This document shows, one piece after another, positions 44,023 to 46,943 of a DNA stretch of 46,943 bases. Source of the DNA: Candidatus Woesearchaeota archaeon (GTDB lineage: Archaea > Nanobdellota > Nanobdellia > SCGC-AAA011-G17 > PNOQ01); NCBI GenBank assembly GCA_018663865.1, contig JABJPM010000031.1:1-46943 (forward strand), given 5' to 3'. The notes under the pieces are model-generated. The model ran no database searches. It was not told where the DNA came from and saw nothing but the letters and a program-made list of their open reading frames with translations. The translations under genes were made by a program, and so were the position numbers. Every line of letters starts with the position of its first letter. Within the stretch, counting starts at the first letter, position 1.

Positions 44023-45320
44023 TGAAACCGGAAATTCTATCTCCAGTTGGAGATTGGGAAACATTACACGCGGCAATAAAGGCTGGGGCTGACGCAGTAT
44101 ATTTTGGAATAGAGCAAATAAATATGCGGAGCGCATCTGCAAGGAATTTTAAACAAAAAGAACTTTCAAAAATAATGGAAACACTTCATAAGTCAAACAT
44201 GAAGGGATATCTAACACTGAACACACTAATTTATGAACATGAACTTGATCGAGTAAAATCAATTTTAGATGAAGTAAAAAAATCAAAAGTCGATGCAGTA
44301 ATTGCAACCGACGCAGCAATACTTCAATTATGTAATGAAAAAGAAATAGAGGTGCATGTTTCCACTCAGCTATCAATTTCAAACTATGAATCATTGAAAT
44401 TTTATGCTAAATTCTCACCAAGAATCGTTTTAGCAAGAGAATGTACGTTAGAACAAATAAAAGAAATAAAAAAGAAAATAAAAAAAGAAAATTTGAGTTA
44501 TGATGGAAGACAGATAGAGTTAGAAACTTTTGTTCACGGATCATTATGTGTAGCATATTCTGGAAGGTGTTTTATGAGTCAGTTCCACAATAGAATTTCT
44601 GCAAATCGTGGTCAATGTTTGCAAGAATGTAGAAGAAAATATAAAATAATAGATGAAGAAGATCCAAGAAGAGAATTTATTTTAGAAGGTGAACAAGTTA
44701 TGTCGCCAAAAGATCTTTGTACTTTACCAATATTAGATAAACTGGTTGAAGCAGGAATAAATGTTTTCAAAATAGAAGGCAGAGCAAAAGGGCCAGAGTA
44801 TGTCTATACCGTAACAAAAGCATATAGAGATGCAATTGATTTAATTGCAGAAAATAAATTTACAGAAAAAAATATTTTAAAATTATTAAATGAATTAGAA
44901 AAAGTATACAACAGGGGATTTTCAACAAATTTCTTTTTAGGTACGCCAACAAATGATTCATGGACAAAATTTTATGGTTCAATAGCAACAGAAACAAAAA
45001 TAAAAATTGGAACAGTAAATAGATATTACCCAAAACTTAATGTTGCAGAAATAATTATAGAACAAAATGAATTGGAAGAGAACGAAACAATTGCGTTTAC
45101 AGGAAAATTAACCGGATTTTATAAAACAGATATAAAGGAAATTTGGGTAAATGAGAAACCTGCAAAAAAAGCTAAAAAAGGTGACGATGTTACAGTAAAA
45201 GTTGAAGAAAGAGTAAGAAAAGGAGATCAAGTATTCAAAATAAAAGAACAAAAAAAAGAATTCTCAAAATTTGAAATCCACAAACCTTTCAAACAATCAA
45301 AGAAGAAAGGAATGATTTAA
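44019..45320 (+). CDS. U32 family (Fe-S hydroxylase, TrhP/RlhA-like) protein
   Basis: ADAVYFG, HVSTQ, VLARE, CVAYSGRC...NRGQCLQECR, SPKDLC, KIEGRAK; ATGA overlap with ferredoxin. Confidence 0.93.
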   Translation: MMKPEILSPVGDWETLHAAIKAGADAVYFGIEQINMRSASARNFKQKELSKIMETLHKSNMKGYLTLNTLIYEHELDRVKSILDEVKKSKVDAVIATDAAILQLCNEKEIEVHVSTQLSISNYESLKFYAKFSPRIVLARECTLEQIKEIKKKIKKENLSYDGRQIELETFVHGSLCVAYSGRCFMSQFHNRISANRGQCLQECRRKYKIIDEEDPRREFILEGEQVMSPKDLCTLPILDKLVEAGINVFKIEGRAKGPEYVYTVTKAYRDAIDLIAENKFTEKNILKLLNELEKVYNRGFSTNFFLGTPTNDSWTKFYGSIATETKIKIGTVNRYYPKLNVAEIIIEQNELEENETIAFTGKLTGFYKTDIKEIWVNEKPAKKAKKGDDVTVKVEERVRKGDQVFKIKEQKKEFSKFEIHKPFKQSKKKGMI

Positions 45321-45323
45321 AAA
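45279..45323. repeat. 45-bp perfect direct repeat, copy 1 (3' end of the U32 gene)
   Basis: CACAAACCTTTCAAACAATCAAAGAAGAAAGGAATGATTTAAAAA. Confidence 0.95.
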
Positions 45324-45380
45324 TAATAGTTATATGAGGGATCAAAATTAAATATGAATATAATTAAAAAGGAGGTGAAA

Positions 45381-45851
45381 ATGAGAAATAAGAAAATAAT
45401 ATTAAGTATGATTTTGATTACGTTAGTAGTTATTTCCGGGTGCGCAGTACAAAAATCACCAAAACAAGAATCCTTAAATCCAAATATAAATAAAATGACA
45501 AAAGTCGATTTTATTGATTCTGTAACTGACAAAAGTTATCCTGCATATGATATTAGTACATCGATTCAAAGATATATAGAAATTCCTTTATATTTTATGA
45601 CTGAAGAGGATTGTGCAGATATTGGAGGTAGCGTATCTTCTTGTTCGGCGCATGCAGGTTTCGATTGTTGTTATTATTTGGATGATGATGGTGAATGGGA
45701 ATCTGGCCCATTATGGATATCTGAAGAAGACTGTGTGAATTCAGGTTATAGTGTAGGGACATGTTCAGGATATGGATCGGGAGGCATGTACAGTTATAAA
45801 TGTTGTATCAGGGAGATTCGCGGCGAGAGGTTTACACAAGAGATAAACTAA
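45381..45851 (+). CDS. Cys-rich putative lipoprotein
   Basis: SD GGAGGTGA, lipobox ISGC, two EEDC...C...CC repeats. Confidence 0.8.
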   Translation: MRNKKIILSMILITLVVISGCAVQKSPKQESLNPNINKMTKVDFIDSVTDKSYPAYDISTSIQRYIEIPLYFMTEEDCADIGGSVSSCSAHAGFDCCYYLDDDGEWESGPLWISEEDCVNSGYSVGTCSGYGSGGMYSYKCCIREIRGERFTQEIN

Positions 45852-45862
45852 TTTTTTTTTTT
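45852..45862 (+). terminator. Oligo-T terminator
   Basis: Run of 11 T immediately after the lipoprotein stop codon. Confidence 0.55.
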
Positions 45863-45907
45863 CACAAACCTTTCAAACAATCAAAGAAGAAAGGAATGAT
45901 TTAAAAA
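45863..45907. repeat. 45-bp perfect direct repeat, copy 2
   Basis: Identical to 45279-45323. Confidence 0.95.
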
Positions 45908-45941
45908 CAATATTTATAAACTCATCATATCAACGAATATT

Positions 45942-46391
45942 ATGTTAACAATAATGAGGAACAAAGAAATAAAAAAGATTTTATCCGAAATTAAAGATCA
46001 ATTTGATTGTGGAATAAAGGGGGAGCATTTATTTCTAATTTCCAAAAATGATAAAGTGTATATCACAAATCCAGAACTTCAAGAAATAAACACTGAAAAT
46101 TTGAAAATAAATAATACTGGATCATATTTTGGGAAAATAGAAAGGGCCGGATTCAGATTATCAATTGAAGGATCAGAAATTTTAGACAACCCAAAGAAAA
46201 ATATTTTGGAGTTAACAGATGAAGAATTTCAGGCATACATGGCTGGGGAAAATTTAATGCTAGATGAAAAACAAGAAAATGCTTACAAAATAATAAAATA
46301 TAAAAAACATTTTATTGGGTGTGGAAGAGTATCAAATAATGTTCTATTGAATTACATTCCAAAAGCTAGAAGAGCAAAAGAAAATAATTAA
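45942..46391 (+). CDS. RsmF/YebU-type pre-PUA/PUA-like protein
   Basis: GSYFGKIERAGFRLSIEG, ILELTDEEFQAYMAGENL, IGCG...LLNYIPKAR. Confidence 0.7.
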   Translation: MLTIMRNKEIKKILSEIKDQFDCGIKGEHLFLISKNDKVYITNPELQEINTENLKINNTGSYFGKIERAGFRLSIEGSEILDNPKKNILELTDEEFQAYMAGENLMLDEKQENAYKIIKYKKHFIGCGRVSNNVLLNYIPKARRAKENN

Positions 46392-46393
46392 TT

Positions 46394-46462
46394 ATGTGCG
46401 GCATTGCGAGGTTATTTGAAAAATGTTTAATAGTGAATATTAAGCTAAGAATAAAAAGTTAA
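46394..46462 (+). pseudogene. Possible remnant of an Ntn glutamine amidotransferase (AsnB/GlmS-like) N-terminus
   Basis: Starts MCGIA; deleting one A gives MCGIAGY; stops after 22 codons. Confidence 0.4.
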
Positions 46463-46536
46463 CGCGTTGATTTAAGAGACTACTGGGAAGTGACTAAATT
46501 AGAAAAACTTATAAAGGGTAATACTTCCTTATTCCT

Positions 46537-46943
46537 ATGTCAAAATTAGAACAAATCTGTAAATTTTATGATATCTCAGTAGAAGTTGGTAAAGGGATTA
46601 TAGGTAAATTTCCGCCATTTGCTGGTTATAATCATTCTAAAGTTGTTAATGAAGCTATTGAAGTGTATGGAATAAATAATGAAGTTAAAATCAAAGAATC
46701 AATAATGAAATTCCCGCGTTTTGCAGGTTATAATCATTCTAAAGTTGTTAATGAAGCTATTGAAGTGTATGGAATAAATAATGAAGTTAAAATCAAAGAA
46801 TCAATATTAAAATTCCCTCCATTTGCTGGCTTAAATCATTCTAAAGTTGTTAATGAAGCTATTGAAGTGTATGGAATAAATAATGAAGTTAAAATCAAAG
46901 AATCAATATTAAAATTCCCTCCATTTGCTGGCTTAAATCATTC
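46537..46943 (+). CDS. 34-aa tandem-repeat protein (3'-truncated; not in ORF track)
   Basis: Open from ATG 46537 to the window end; unit KFPPFAGYNHSKVVNEAIEVYGINNEVKIKESIL; TATA-like CTTATAAA at about 46508. Confidence 0.85.
   Translation, partial: MSKLEQICKFYDISVEVGKGIIGKFPPFAGYNHSKVVNEAIEVYGINNEVKIKESIMKFPRFAGYNHSKVVNEAIEVYGINNEVKIKESILKFPPFAGLNHSKVVNEAIEVYGINNEVKIKESILKFPPFAGLNH
46606..46943 (+). repeat. 102-bp coding tandem repeat, 3 full units plus a partial
   Basis: Units start at 46606, 46708, 46810 and 46912. Confidence 0.97.

Noticed and set aside
46606-46943. 102-bp repeat as a CRISPR array or DGR template/variable repeat
   Set aside because: No unique spacers; the unit is an in-frame multiple of 3; differences are not adenine-specific; no cas or reverse transcriptase gene in the window.

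Overview
AT-rich archaeal chromosome segment, most consistent with a reduced-genome DPANN archaeon (Woesearchaeota-like; this is an inference from archaeal rRNA and information-processing genes, class I LysRS, bacterial-type gyrase and many small orphans, not a database hit). Left end: partial 16S, tRNA-Ala(UGC), 23S, then RNase P RNA, K+ channel, secG, NAC, two HEPN-like paralogues, MinD, tRNA-His, PepF, HisRS and ScpA. About 12.6-21 kb is an accessory stretch: TPR/glycine-zipper membrane proteins, a lipoprotein, a streptopain-like C10 protease, an LMW phosphatase, a kinase, a patatin, an AI-2E transporter and an unexplained GC-rich structured element. About 21.4-39.4 kb holds the conserved L7Ae-S28e-L24e-ndk-aIF5B-S6e-aIF2gamma-PIN-RpoE'-Spt4-S24e-S27ae gene order, interrupted four times, including by an inverted gyrB-HAD-gyrA block, a frameshifted transglutaminase-like gene and a large LysM-like/helical-repeat surface protein. 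Right end: LysRS, GluRS, ferredoxin-U32, a Cys-rich lipoprotein cassette flanked by a perfect 45-bp direct repeat, and a truncated ORF of near-identical 34-aa (102-bp) repeats. No CRISPR array, transposase, integrase or reverse transcriptase is visible. Family assignments come from motif recognition only.
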